Assembly: GCA_951406725.2 (NCBI GenBank)
Contig: OX597824.1
Location: forward strand, 5,270,001-5,334,000
Direction of reading: 5' to 3'
Source: Octopus vulgaris
Taxonomy: Eukaryota
Length of the DNA stretch: 64,000 bases
Part shown: piece after piece, positions 13,583 through 28,155 of the stretch
Numbering within the stretch: position 1 is the first letter of the stretch
Layout: each line of letters begins with the position of its first letter
Notes under the pieces: generated by a model
Databases searched by the model: none
What the model was told of the DNA's origin: nothing
What the model saw: the letters and a program-made list of their open reading frames with translations, nothing else
Made by a program: the position numbers and the translations under genes

Positions 13583-14512
13583 TTTTTTTAGTCATTTGAT
13601 TGTAGCCATGCTGGAGCAACGTTTCGAATTGTTTTAGTTGAATAAATCTTATATACTTATTCTCTCGGTCTCTTTTGCCGAATCGCTATGGTGCAGGAAC
13701 ATTGAAAGAAACCAACGCTTGTTGTCAGGTACTGGTGGGGCCACAAAGACAGACACAAAAGTACACACACACATATGTATTGGGTTGTCCGGAGAGTTCG
13801 AGCCGATTTTTAAAGGAAAGAAAACGGTCAATAAATACTTGCCATTACATTTTTAATCAACCGAATATGAACCATTTCGTTGCACAATGCGTCTCCATCT
13901 TTCCTTTACCTTGAAAATACCCTCTTCCCAGAATTGAGGTGGTTTCATGGCAAAGAATTCATCAAGGTATCTTTTTACGTCAGCCAAGGAATTGAAATTT
14001 TTACCATTAAGACTATTCTGGAGAGACCTGAATAAGTGGAAATCCGAAGGAGCAATATCTGGGGAATATGGAGAGTGGGGTAACACATCCCAGCCGAGCT
14101 GCAGCAATTTTTGTCTGGTTCCCAAAGCATCAAGTGCCGAAAATGAACTTTCTCATCTTCCATTTTAAACGGTTACTGATTTAACACAGGTTATAGGAAC
14201 ATAAATCTTCTTCCACGAAGAGATAACTTAAACTGTGTTCTAAATGGAGGTGTAGTCAAATCCTATTTTATGGACTCAACCATGTTCTAAAATAAGCCGA
14301 AAGGTAAGCTACTATAAATAGGCACGAACTTTTCGGACAACCCAATATATGACGGGCGTCCACACAGTTTTCGCCGACTAAATCTATCCACAAAGCATTG
14401 GTCGGCCCAGGGTTAAAGTACTGAATAATTTTACAAGGTGCCGTACAGTAGGCCTGAACCGGAAACCTTGTGGTTGCAAAAGGAGCTTCTTAACCACGAA
14501 ACAATACTTGAG
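13583..14512 (-). mobile_element. SINE family A interrupted by the mariner at 13780-14345
   Basis: Tail half 13583-13778 and head half 14347-14512. Confidence 0.7.
13780..14345 (-). mobile_element. Internally deleted mariner transposon nested in a SINE
   Basis: TIRs TTGGGTTGTCCGGAGAGTTCG / CGAACTTTTCGGACAACCCAA with TA on both sides. Transposase N-terminus MEDEKVHFRHLML is fused to C-terminus WDVLPHSPYSPDIAPSDFHLFRSLQN..ERWRRIV. Confidence 0.92.
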
Positions 14513-14519
14513 TCTATTC

Positions 14520-14760
14520 TTTTACTCTTTACTCTTGTTACTCTTTTCAGTCATTTGACTACGGCCATGCTGGAGCACTGCCTTTAGTCGAACAAATCGA
14601 TCCCAGGTCTTATTCTTTGTAAGCCTAGTACTTATTCTATCGGTCTCTTTTGCCGAACCGCTAAGTTATGGGGACGTAAACACACCTGCATCAGTTGTCA
14701 AGCGATTTTGAGTGGGGGGACAAACACAGACACACAAACACACACACACACACACACTCA

Positions 14761-14840
<80 letters not shown>

Positions 14841-15004
14841 CGACAGTCTTCTTTCAGTTTCCGTCTACCAAATCCACTCACAAGGCTTTGGCTGGCCCGA
14901 GGCTACAGTAGAATAAACTTGCCCAAGCTGCCACGCAATGGGACAGAACCCGGAACCATGTGGTTGGTAAGCAAGCTACTTACCACACAGCCACTCCTGC
15001 GCCT
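14520..15004 (-). mobile_element. SINE family A, full length
   Basis: Homology to 8492-8912; internal (CA)n. Confidence 0.85.
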
Positions 15005-15065
15005 ATGTGTATTCATTGATACATTCATACATACAGGCATTGTGTGCGTGAGTATATATCTGTGA

Positions 15066-15245
<180 letters not shown>

Positions 15246-15650
15246 TTGTGTCGCAGTTTTGAAAATCGCTTTTGGCTTCTTCGCATATCTCGCAAAAGAG
15301 CTCCGAATATATAAATATCATATTAAAAGAAAGAGCAAAGAAAAAAACACACATACACGCACAAATAAAATTCGACAAAACAAAAAGTCCTGGAATCGAT
15401 TTAATCGTCGGATAAGCCGCAGCCTAGCCGCAGTGCACTTGTTAAAACAACTGGAAGAACAACATAATAAAACAACATGGACACACACACACACACGCGT
15501 AATTACCGAGTGTTGTCTTTCTCGTTTATAGACAAACTGTGACATTTGAAAGTAGATATGTCTACACATGCATACACACACACACACATGCATACATATA
15601 TGCATTGATGTATGTATTTATATCTATGTCTGTCGGCCTGTCTGCCTGCC

Positions 15651-15747
<97 letters not shown>

Positions 15748-15899
15748 ATCGATCTACCTGTCTACCTGTCTGTTTGTCTGTATGCATGTCTGTTTGTCTA
15801 TCCGTCTGTCTATCTTTCTATTTCATTCACATGAAGAAGTTTGATTCTCATCTTTCTACGCATTATTTATTTCCACGCTTTTACCAGCATTTTAGCACC

Positions 15900-15970
<71 letters not shown>

Positions 15971-16485
15971 ACTATATAAGTACACACACACTCACGTATC
16001 TGCATACCTGTATGTGCTTGTGTGGAGGTGTGTATGAGCATATTCAGGTAAGCAGTTACTTCTTTGATCATTACTCGGAGCTTTAGGTAAGAACCAGTGT
16101 AAAATCAACGAACCCCTCAGCAGTTTTGGCGAAAACTTTAGAACAACGGAGACCAAGCAGACACAGTTAGTTCCTATTAAAGGAACTCAGTCATGTGATG
16201 GGAAATACTTCAGACTGCGAGTGTGAATTGCTGCTAATATCTAAGAGAATGTGAGAAGAGAGAATTTAGCAGAAGTCTATCAAGATAAAACATTTGAGAT
16301 TAATCCTTGTTCTTGGCATTAGTTTAGAGGTTAGCCAGTTGGCACTGACCAAAGAGAAATAATGAACGGTAAGGTTGGCCGTGAAACGGTATGGCCTCCA
16401 ACCGGAACTAATATCGTAAGGTATAACATCCGACGCTTTAAGGTTTCTTCTAATTTTGCGCAATTCATTAATTTACATGCATCTC

Positions 16486-16539
<54 letters not shown>

Positions 16540-17053
16540 ATTCTACCTACCTACCTACCTACCTACCTACCTACCTACCTACCTACCTATCTATCTATCT
16601 ATCTATCTATCTATGTCCGTGTGTATGTATGGATGGATGCATGGATGTATATATGTACGGATGGATGTATATATGTACGTATGTGTATCTGCGTGCTCCC
16701 GTGTGCAAGTGCGTGTATGTATGTATGCACGCATGCGTGTACGTGAGTGTATCACGCAGAGGTCATGTATACAAGAAATATCACCAAGAGGATCGAACCC
16801 AGAACTGTTGGGGAAGAGAACTTGTTAATCAACAGAAACGGTAATATTTCATAAATATTACTATTGATTGCCATCAAATATATTCATAGAATGGACGCCG
16901 ATACGATACAATCAATTCGGACCAAACCGATGACTGGGGAACTAGTTGTGGAAATAATGTATTATTTATGTATTGATAGATTGGACAAGAAATATATGTA
17001 CGTGTATGTGTGTGTGTGTGTGTATTGTTGTTGTATATGTGCGCATTTGTATG

Positions 17054-17111
<58 letters not shown>

Positions 17112-17791
17112 CATACATATATGCATTTATGTATGTACAGTACACGCACACACACACATATATCTAAATACATACATACATACATATATACATATATATA
17201 TAAACATATATTGTCATATATACAATATAAATACATATGTCATATATACAATATATATTATATATACGCGTGTATAAGATATATATATATTTATGTAATA
17301 TATATGTTTATATAATATATATATATATATGCATTATTATATATGCATAACATACACACATATACATAAACGCGTATACATACATATGTCCACACATGTT
17401 TATATATGATATATATGCCTCCTATGCTATATACCTATAAGAACCTACGCAGCCATACGCCAACACAATGACAAAACACACACAAAAAGTACATTCCAAC
17501 GTTTCTGAGTTCAAATTCCACAGAGGTTAAATTTGCCTTCCATTATTTCGCGGTCCACAATCGAACGCGCTACCCTGGTATCGTAACCCTTCCGGTTCTT
17601 TACTTTCGAACAATGTCGGCGATTATATTGCGTCCAAGATCTATCGCTTCATCTATCGTCTGGATAAACGTCAATCATCTTGAGATGTTGAGAAGGAATA
17701 TTTTGCATACTTGAAGAACTGCTAGTCTTCCTTAAATCTTTCTTACTCAGACCGGCATTTGTATGCGCAGGCACATTATTGGCATTGACCC

Positions 17792-17918
17792 AGCCGAGGT
17801 CGACTTTACCTTTCATCCTTACGGGGTCGATAAACTAAGTACCAGTTCAGTACTGGGGTCGATGTAATCGACTGTCCCCTCACCCAAATTTCAGGCTTTG
17901 TGCTTACGATAGAAAGGT
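17792..17918 (+). mobile_element. 5'-truncated SINE family B (alternative tail) with 15-bp TSD
   Basis: TTATTGGCATTGACC on both sides; body GCCGAGGTCGACTTTACCTTTCATCC. Confidence 0.75.
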
Positions 17919-18025
17919 TTATTGGCATTGACCAACTGAGGTCTTGTATGTATGTATGTATGTATGTATGTATGTATGTATCTGCGTATACCCATATGCA
18001 TAATATATATGTATGCATGTGTGTA

Positions 18026-18086
<61 letters not shown>

Positions 18087-19092
18087 TATATATAATACAT
18101 ATATTTTATATATATATTTATATATTATATATAATACATATATTTTATATATAATATATATATTATATATACGTGTGTGTTTGTATGTATGTATGTATGC
18201 ATGCATGTATGTATGTATGTATGTATGCACGTATGTATTTATATACGCACACACGTTTATATTGGGAAACGTTTAACTGACCTCTCAAATGACTTGTTTA
18301 TCTTTGATGATGTCAAACATTGCATCTTCACTTAGATCTGGGGATCAGAGACTCTTTATGGCCTGACAAGTCTTTTACAACAGGAACGTCAACTGGAGGG
18401 CTCAAATCGATAGATTCAGAAGTGACCAGATAAGCGTATACAAGGAGTTTGCCTGTAATGTCCTTATTTTAACTCACGTAACAGAACAGATTTCTTGCAT
18501 CGCGTATAATCTAATTGCAATATCTAACGTCTCAGATATTTTACTGGTTCCTGATAAATATAAACATTATCCTTATAGGAAACTTAGAGAAGCAAAGTTT
18601 ACACCTAAAACGAATTCAAAGACTATGCACGGCCTTTAATTAGGAACCAAATACTTTTTTTTCTTTTTTTCTGAAGCAGAAGCGTTTCCATCACGCATCG
18701 TATTTTCTAGTTCGCGTACAATCATTTCTGATTTCGAATCTTGAAGAAATTTTCTCTCTTCCATTTCACCATCGAAATGTGAGCTGTTATTGCCGAACGG
18801 TTGGTGCGAACACAGCTCCGCTCTGTTGTTATAAGTTATATCAATAATGCGGGTTCAATTCTCGTTTTAGCCATTTCACTTTTCTTTTCATATTCATTCC
18901 CGACCGCAGTCATTGCTTGAAGAGGGCTGGGCCCAGTAAAATAGATTTTGTTCCTTTCTTTTTTGATGTATTACATAACGATAAAGACTTCATTGGTAAT
19001 CCATTACTTGTGACCGGAGTTTTTCATTTGATTTTCATGGATGTTATTTGCAGCTGGGACTCCCATAAATCGGAAGCTTGAGGCTTATGTAA

Positions 19093-19144
<52 letters not shown>

Positions 19145-20991
19145 GTTGTTGTTGTTGTTGTTGTTGTTACTGTTGCTGTTGCTGTTTTGGTTCGGTTTGT
19201 TTTTGTCATTCAGTAACGACGCTGACTTCATAATTGCCTGATACGATATAATACTTTGTCATGGATAATAAAGGCAGAGAACTAAACAAAGCAAAAAAAA
19301 AAAAAGAATCAACGAAACGAAAATGTATTTAATAACAAGAACAACAACAACAAACTACAACAACAATAATAATAATAGTGACAATAATAGAAGATAAATG
19401 TATTTTTCCGTCTTAAAGTAATTAATTTAACACAGAATCTGTCTCAGCCAAAGAAGGATTAATCTGAATTTCAATTTCTGTCTCCGTATCATATTGTACT
19501 TAGTCAAACAATAGGTCTTATTGTGACAAATCCAAATAAAATATAGATTGGCAACAGAAAATAATGGCCTTCTGGCCAGGCTGCATTAATTCATTTGCGT
19601 AAATACACCAATTGTGCAATAAATTTATCAATATTATGTCCTTGCAATGACCAAATGGAAATACATACGAATAATATGAGACGTATATTTTATATTCAGC
19701 GTTGAACAACGTCAGGCGTAGTTCAGTTTACATTGAGTGAAAAGCAAAAAGCAAAACGGAAGTGGAGAAGTAAGGGTCTTCACTTCATATTCCATCAAAC
19801 ATGGTCCGTGCTGCTTTTGTCAACGTCATGGGAATTTTCGAACAGCATTTTAGCTACCATAGTGAAGCGCAAATAGAAGCTAGATTCGTTAACTTTGAAT
19901 CGATCTTAATGTTTATATTGCAGAAGGACAGAAAATTATAGTGTCAGGTACCAAAAAGTCACCTCCATAAACAATAATTGGTTCAATGCTGTCATACTTT
20001 ATGTACTGAGAAAAGCGATTTCACTTATCGTAAATAGCGCTGTATATGTCGACCTGATATGCAAGTCGATCTTATAGGTCGATCTTATACCGTATTGGTC
20101 GATTCTCAAACGTATTGTACGCTCTTATGGGATTGCTCTTATTGGTGACAAGTTTAGGATCAGCTTAACTGAGCTGACTATAGCATACATACTGTACGTT
20201 GTAGTGAAACACCATGTACAAAATCTCTGTGTAAACCGACAAACGTTGAGTTCTAACTGACGACTATCATATACATACCGTAAATCATATACGAAAACAC
20301 AGAGTAACAGCTAAAAGTAGATAAACAAACCGTATAAACCTTCGCCATTTTGTATCAATGATACAAACAAGGAGTTAGTGGTGCCAAACCCACTCAGCCA
20401 ATTGCAGAACTATTTTTACTATAGCTGGATTTGTTCAAATTTCATCGTTTTCGCTTTCCAAATAGTATCGCTGAAAATACTTTACCCCCAAGGCTTCACT
20501 TGGAAAAAAATTAAATAAGGTGTCAGTTTTAGAACGACAGTTCTATTTCGAATAATATTTGTAATAACTTACTGGAGATATTGAAAGTCGTGCATAGAAA
20601 TTATTAACCAGTCGGTCGTAGACATTCATCTTGGGTCTCCACTTCATTTAACCGATTCCTATTTTTGGAGAAATGATTTTCAGGCTTAAAGGAGTCGGTT
20701 ACACACCTCAATTTAAGGTAAGTAAAACGGCCGTTGCAACGAGCAGATGAAAACGTAATATTAATTATAATTACTAATGGTAATCGATTCTAGTGATTAT
20801 TAATGTTAATCAAATCTAATCAAGCGAGAGGAACGACATCTAAATTGCAATTAATTAAAACTAAAATTTCTATTACGCAAGAAATGACGAAAGCATTAGC
20901 TCCAGGATTCATGTTCGATATGGATACTGTAGCACAAGCAAGGGGGGATAATAAAGTATATTCCTTTTAATCAGAGAAGTTGATTTTATAT

Positions 20992-21578
20992 TGGTTTCAA
21001 ATTCTGGTACAAAGCTCGCCGCTTCGGGGGCGAGGACAAGACGATTACATCAACAATAGTGCTCGACTGGTAGTTATTTTATCGATGCCGAGAGGAGGAA
21101 GGGTAAAGTCGACTTCGGCGGAATTTGAATTCAGAACGTAGCGACATACGAAATACCTATTTCTTTACTACCCACAAGGGGCTAAACACAGAGAGGACAA
21201 ACAAGGACAGACAAACGGATTAAGTCGATTATATCGATCCCGGTGCGTAACTGGTACTTATTTAATCGACCCCGAAAGGATAAAAGGCAATGTCAACCTC
21301 GGCGGAATTTGAACTCAGAACGTAGCGGCAGACGACATACCTATTTCTATTTCTTTACTACCCACAAAGGGCTAAACACAGAGGGGACAAACAAGGACAG
21401 ACAAACGGATTATGTCGATTATATCGACCCTAGTGCGTAACTGGTACTTATTTAATCGACCCCGAAAGAATGAAAGACAAAGTTGACCTCGGCGGAATTT
21501 GAACTCAGAACGTAATGGCAGACGAAATATTGCTAAGCATTTCGCCCGACGTGCTAACGTTTCTGCCATCTCGACGCT
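20992..21578 (-). mobile_element. Head-to-tail trimer of SINE family B
   Basis: Three successive bodies with junctions at 21156/7 and 21340/1. The leftmost unit is more diverged and has a different tail. Confidence 0.85.
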
Positions 21579-22768
21579 TTAAGTTGATTTTACATAAAGT
21601 CAATTAGTAGCAACGAGCGGATTATAATGGCATTACGGTTCTAAATTTTACGGATGGTGTTCAAAAAAGCAGACAGTTAAGGTGAAAATAAAAAAGTATT
21701 TGATTACAATATGACAACTGAAGTCTCCTTATGAAATCGTTTTTGTTATTAAACATTCAGACAAATTTTGAAAATAGTTGTAGTCTGGAATCGTTCTTCA
21801 GCTATTTCAAAGGCGAAGTCAACTTTCGTGGGATTTTAATGTTCAAATACTTGGTTAGCGAATTGAATTATTTAAATTAGCCATCTCGGATCAGCTCAGC
21901 TGGCATGCTCTCTCAAGTTCATCTTGGTTGTAGAAAAAAAATAAGAAAAATGTAATTCCAAAACTTCTTTCGATATTTTTAATGGTTTTATTCAAGAGTA
22001 AAGAAGTTTATTAAACGACATTCGCAAGCCTTCCACATTGATCAGATTAATGTAGTTGATATACAGTTTGAGCATCTGTGAATCGATTTCCGTAAGGAAA
22101 ATGTAAAGGAGGAGCAGGAAAGAGGAAAGAGGAGGGAATTCAAAGTTAAAATATTTTCTGGTTGTGGAAAAAGAAAGGCTAAACATTAAGATGCAATACT
22201 TACGCTTCCGAATGTTTAAAAGAATCTCAAAACTCAAAAAGAATATGTAAACAACTTCGGCAAAATTATCTTTTTATTGATATGAATTTGTTTTTAACAG
22301 AAACGTGTTCTTCATTTAAATAAACTATTTCGTCTAATGTCGAATCGAACGTATTCGATATATGTTAACTTTGTTCTTCAGCTACGATTTTACTCACTTT
22401 TGTACATAATTCATAAAATCTATATTAGAAGTCGAAGAAAAAGTATTTGATAATGAGGAGTCAAAGACTAATATAATCTAATTAATGATTTTCACGTAAA
22501 ACTTACATTTGAAATGGGTGTGGAAATGAACTGTTTTGAAAAGAGTTTTTGGTGTAATGTTTTGTTCATCCGTTTGATGTTGTCTTCGGTTGTTTGTTTG
22601 TTTCGTTGCTTTCAGACCGTTACAACACTTTTATCTGGTGACATCAAATAACAACAAACGATAGATTTCGTTGTCACCCTCTTGATTAGGATAACACTAT
22701 CTCTCTATCTCTCTCCCTCTCTTTCTCACACACACAGACACACACACACCACACACGCTAACATATAT

Positions 22769-22824
<56 letters not shown>

Positions 22825-23165
22825 GCATAGTATATATATATATATATATATATACTCAAGAATTAAGGAATGGTAGGAGTAGATAAGATCTGGGCTACAT
22901 ATGTTTCAAGGCGAGCGGAACCTCAGAAGTGATGAATATCGAAGCGAGGTGTATACCGCAGGCTACTCTTGAGGTCAAAGTTATCTTGCTTAAAATGAAA
23001 GTTTACATTGTCGCCAGGAGGTAACATGTTAACATATGGAAGACTTAATCAGAATGTGTAGAGAGGACAGGAGGAGGGGAGGATATAAAAGTAGAGGGAA
23101 CTAAGGTTTAAAAGAAGGAAATTTCAAATATTTCTAATAACAACCCTTATTATATATATATATAT

Positions 23166-23311
23166 GAGTGGCTGTGTGGCAAGTAGCTTGTTTACCAACC
23201 ACATGGTTCCGGGTTGTAGCACCTTGGGCAAGTGTTTTCTACTATAGCCTCGGGCCGACCAAAGCCTTGTGAGTGGATTTGGTTGACGGAAACTGAAAGA
23301 AGCCCGTCGTA

Positions 23312-23375
<64 letters not shown>

Positions 23376-23601
23376 TATGTGCGTGTGTGTGTTTGTGTCT
23401 GTGTTTGTCCCCCTAGCATTGCTTGATAAACGATGCTGGTGTGTTTATGTCCCCGTTACTTAGCGGTTCGGCAAAAGAGACCGATAGAATAAGTACTGGG
23501 CTTACAAAAGAATAAGTCCCGGGGTCGAGTTGCTCGATTAAAGGCGGTGCTCCAGCATGGCCGCAGTCAAATGACTGAAACAAGTAAAAGAGTAAAGAGT
23601 A
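23166..23601 (+). mobile_element. SINE family A
   Basis: Homology to 8492-8912. Confidence 0.85.
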
Positions 23602-23606
23602 ATATA

Positions 23607-23640
23607 TACTAGCAGAGATACCCGGCGTTGCCCGGTTACA
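23607..23640 (-). mobile_element. Helitron-like 3' terminus (element may extend to ~24740)
   Basis: Minus strand CCGGGCAACGCCGGG hairpin, ~8 nt, then CTAG-T. The 5' end is uncertain. Confidence 0.55.
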
Positions 23641-24456
23641 TTCAATTGAAGAATTAGACTTTTCTGTTATATTTTCTGAATGAACTGGAATATCTATATT
23701 TCGAATTTTATCAAAATTGCAAATGAGGGTTATTTCCCTCTTTACACACCCTAAAAAAATTGTAATCGTGCCACATGGAAACCAAAAGACGAATGATTAC
23801 AATAAGCAGTCAGTTACCCTACCCTAGTCGTTATCACTCCCAATGTAGGATTCCTCACCATCCAGGTGACAGGCACAGCCGTAAGATGCATTACGAATCT
23901 ATAGTAATTGGAAGGGCGTGACCCAACTGAAATCAACATTAACAACAGTGTGACGTGAGGGCTTAGAAGAAATTGAAGTGTCACCTCTGGAGTTTGCAAA
24001 TGACCACTATACTGATACGTAACTGGACAGAATAAATTTAAAATCTATAAATGTCTTTGAATAACCAGTCACTCATCTGAGAAGGCCTTGAAATCAATGT
24101 TACCATCTGGGGACTATGTGTGACCGAGTGATAATAAAAAGACTGAAAGGTCTGCAATCAAATAACTTTATTCAACACTTTGCAACTGAATCAGTGGAGA
24201 CAAAGATGCCTCTCATTTACTTAACAATTTATGCACAACATTGCAGAAATCACAATGTAAGTGTATGTCAAAGCAAAATGTTACACTGTTGTACCATTGA
24301 ATTAGAAATAATGCCCAACTTTTATGCTCGGGTAACCCTACAGCTTCCAAGAGCACAACTGTATTCGTTTTTGCTTAGATAAAATGACAAAATTGTGTGT
24401 GTTAAGTCCCCATGGAGGGGGTCTTTCTAACTTTGTAAGAAGATGAAATTTTATAA

Positions 24457-24658
24457 CGCCATAGCGTCGACTGTGAGCTGGTAGCTGTGTACAGTCACCC
24501 CAATGGCACCCAGAGCGAGCCCTGGTCGCCATAGCGTCGACTGTGGGCTGGTAGCTGTGTGCAGTCGCCCCAATGGCAACCAGAGCGAGCCCTGGTCGCC
24601 ATAGCGTCGACTGTGGGCTGGTAGCTGTGTGCAGTCGCCCCAATGGCGCCCAGAGCGA
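24457..24658. repeat. GC-rich 70-bp tandem repeat x~2.9
   Basis: CGCCATAGCGTCGACTGTG.. starts at 24457, 24527 and 24597. Confidence 0.95.
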
Positions 24659-25487
24659 GATAAATCGTTATAACTCAAACTATTTGAAATGTCAACGAAA
24701 TCTCTATCAACTTACACAACCCATCTTAAGAATATATAAAGAACACATTAATAAAATTTTATATTTGCTGTAAGTTAGCTTTGAATGAAATCAGGCAGTT
24801 ATTTTTCATGAGCAGGGTATTGGCAATGGTTTGTGACTGCCAGAATATTATTGAGAATGTCCGGAGTACATAATTAAAATCGTCATTAATTATTTTAATG
24901 GAAAGATCGTAGAGTCACTTCGTAAGTCGATTTGCCTGGAGGTGTGAACAAATTGAACGTTTCAGGCCACACAGCCTCCGCCCCCTGATTTTCCTCCGCC
25001 TCCTTCTTCTTCTTCTTCTTCTTCTTCTTCTTCGGAGAGAGAGAGAGAGAGAGGGAGAGAGAGAGGATCCGCCCTGATTGCAATATGGAGAATGAAAGAT
25101 GTATTAAATAAAGTTGTGAGATGAAAGCATATGTGGGGAAAAGAGGAAAACTACAGAGTGCTGATGTGAGTGGTGTGCAATGAGAGAAGGAGGAGAAGGT
25201 GAGTGAGATAGAACTGGTGGGAGGAAGAGAAGTTTTTAAGATGTCTCCAGGCTAGGCAATAATCATTATTGCCAGTCCTTCCTCCACAGCATTTCGTGCC
25301 CTCATTTGCTCATATCCCCGCCACAGTTGTTGGCTTATAAAGGTTGAACAGGAGCATTAATCACAGCATTTTGACTGGTCGAGCTGCACCTGAAAAGGCC
25401 AGACTCATTATGTCTTCTACATCCAGTAAGTGAAACGAAAAGAGATTTCAAGAGGGTCCGATCAGCTAAGGTTGATGACCCTTTTTT

Positions 25488-25850
25488 TTACTCTCTTTTA
25501 CTTGTTTTAGTCATTTGGCTGTGGCCATGTTGGACCACCGCATTTAGTCGAGCAAATCGATCCAAGGACTTACTCTTTGTAAGCCTAGTACTTATTCTGT
25601 CGGTCTCTTTTGCTGAACCGCTAAGTTACGGGACCGTAAACACACCAGCATCGGTTGTCAAGCGATGTTAGGGAGACAAACACAGACACACAAACATATA
25701 TACACATATATACGACGGTCTTCTTTCAGTTTCCGTCTACCAAATCTACTCACAAGGCTTTGGTCGGCCCAAGGCTATAGTAGAAGGCATTTGCCCAAGG
25801 TGCCACGCAGTGGGACTGAACCCGGAATCATGTGAATGGTAAGCAAGCTA
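25488..25850 (-). mobile_element. SINE family A
   Basis: Homology to family A; a further head fragment lies at 27133-27224. Confidence 0.8.
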
Positions 25851-25859
25851 TCTTATTTC

Positions 25860-27130
25860 ATAAAATTTGTCATGAAAGAGTCTGTAGCTTTGCGGGCTGG
25901 ACAAACACATTAATGAATGAAAATGAATAAATGAGAGACGAAACCCAACACCCGCCGATTGGATTTTTCTCGAAAACATATTTTCTTTTTTTAAAAATCA
26001 ATATGAGGTTTCAAACCTCTTACAAGAAGGAGGCACTAAAACCTCTTACTTAACATGTTTTTTTTTTAAACACACACTTGAGGTTATAAACCACTACAAA
26101 TAATACAATAAGATGAGGTTTCAAACCCTATAACGGGGGCCTTTTACCTCCTACTCTTCGATATATCCATCGATATATTCATCATTATCTTCAATGCCGC
26201 TTGAGTTTCTGTATCCCGCCATTTCCCATGCCTCACTCATGTAGGACACGTAAGTCGTGTAAGGGCTACCCGGCCATATACGACACTCCTCCCCAAATCC
26301 TTTAAGCCTTTCCCACAAGGGAAACCTTATGACCTCCACAGCTATCTGCGGAGGCCATTCGGGATCCCGTGTGAAGGCATATCTACTGTCTATGTTCTTC
26401 TATTTTTTCCACCTCCCCGCCCTTATAGAAAAAGATAATTAATTGATCATCTTTAAGGGTGGGGGTGGTTTCTCCCACCGTGAGTGGGACAACTTCGGGA
26501 CATGCAGACGGTACATCATCTCCCCGCTGAGATGAGCCGTTCTTCTTCCTTCTTTTTTCCTTTTCTTCCTGACTTCGGGAGAATGGAGCTCTTCCGCTTT
26601 GTCCGGAGACTCTCCCCCGCCTCCCAAAGCCTTAGGTTCCTTCGGCGGGAAACTATTGTTGCCCGCCTTCTTCCTTTTTAATCCTTTTTGAGTTGAGAAG
26701 GCTGAAGCCTCCTCGACCACATCCACATCTCCCTTTGACCGGGTAGGGGAGGTGGCATCTAGTGACTGTTCCAGGACCTTACCATGGTCCTGGGGGTAGT
26801 TCCTTTTAATGTGGCCTGGCTGCAGGCACGAGTAACACTAGTGGGGACGTCCCTCAAGTATCACCGGATACATGCACCCAGCCATTTTCAAGAAATCTGA
26901 AAAAACCAGATCTGTTGCAGCCGATGGGGTCCACAGGGTCAAAATCGCTTTTGACCCTTCCCAATCGACCGCCGGCAATACCCTTACATTTGAGAGCCTG
27001 GGCCGCCATCTCCCAGTCCCCGTCGGATGGTATCTTCAATCCAATCCGCTTCGGTGCCTGGGGGTAACCCACATACCCAGGCTCGTATTAAAGTCCTCTC
27101 ACAAAGCTTTTGTTGTTCCGAGGTTACGGC
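25860..27130 (-). pseudogene. Decayed LINE ORF1-like (gag knuckle) sequence with no ORF2 downstream
   Basis: Minus strand IRAWVCGLPPGTEADWIEDTI and VILEGRPH*CYSCLQPGHIKRNYP align with ORF1 KITLNNVPKIANSLWLVKAL and VVVDGRRPRCYICGSEQHLKKDC. The frame ends at stop 26151. Confidence 0.65.
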
Positions 27131-27303
27131 TGAAGACACTTGCCCAAGGTACCGTGCAGTGTGACTGAACCCGGAACCATGTGGTCGGTAAGCAAGGTAC
27201 TTACCACACAACCACTCCTGCGCCTATATATATATATATATATATACGCACACACAAACACGCGCGCACGCACACGCACACGCACGCACACACGCACACA
27301 CAG

Positions 27304-27307
<4 letters not shown>

Positions 27308-27364
<57 letters not shown>

Positions 27365-27685
27365 TAGATAGATAGATATATATATATAGATATATAGAGA
27401 TATATATATAGATAGATATATATATATAGATATATAGAGATATATAGATATATAGATATATATAGATATATATATATAGATATATATAGATATATATAGA
27501 TATATATATCGATATATATATAGATAGATATATAGATATATATATATATAGATATATAGATAGATAGATAGATATAGATATATATAGATATAGATATATA
27601 TATATAGATATATATATATATATATTTAGATAGATAGATAGATATAGATATATATATATATAGATATATATATAGATATATATAG
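27308..27685. repeat. (TA)n/(TAGA)n compound microsatellite
   Basis: Seen directly. Confidence 0.95.
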
Positions 27686-28155
27686 TCTGTGAATGTAGGA
27701 ACTGGAATAGGTAGTTATGTATGTGTGTTCAAGACGTGCACCGAATACATATCATGTGGCGTCTTAAAGCTACGCCTTTTGCCATGAATCTTCTACACAA
27801 CTACCTGACTCCATTTTGTTTATTCCCTGTCGTAGCTATCGCTTAATAAGTAACTTCGGCTGCCAGATATCGGAGTTGTATAGCAGCAATCATCGCATCG
27901 GAATATCTATTTAATTTCGGTATGGGACGATGTGTATTGGATGCGTTGATTAGACGTTATTGATCGATTTCGGGTGATCTATACATGTCTTGCTAATGTT
28001 ACAGGCTAACCAGCTGTCAGTACCAAGACCATTGTATATATATGTGTGTGTGTGTGTGTGGATATATTCACAAATATATTTGGGCATTCGATGCGCGCAC
28101 GCATTTATGTACATTTACTTGTGTATATACATGTCTACACTTTTTTCTATTTTTC

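Noticed and set aside
24457-24658. CRISPR-like array
   Set aside because: Contiguous near-identical units without unique spacers, no cas genes, eukaryotic context.
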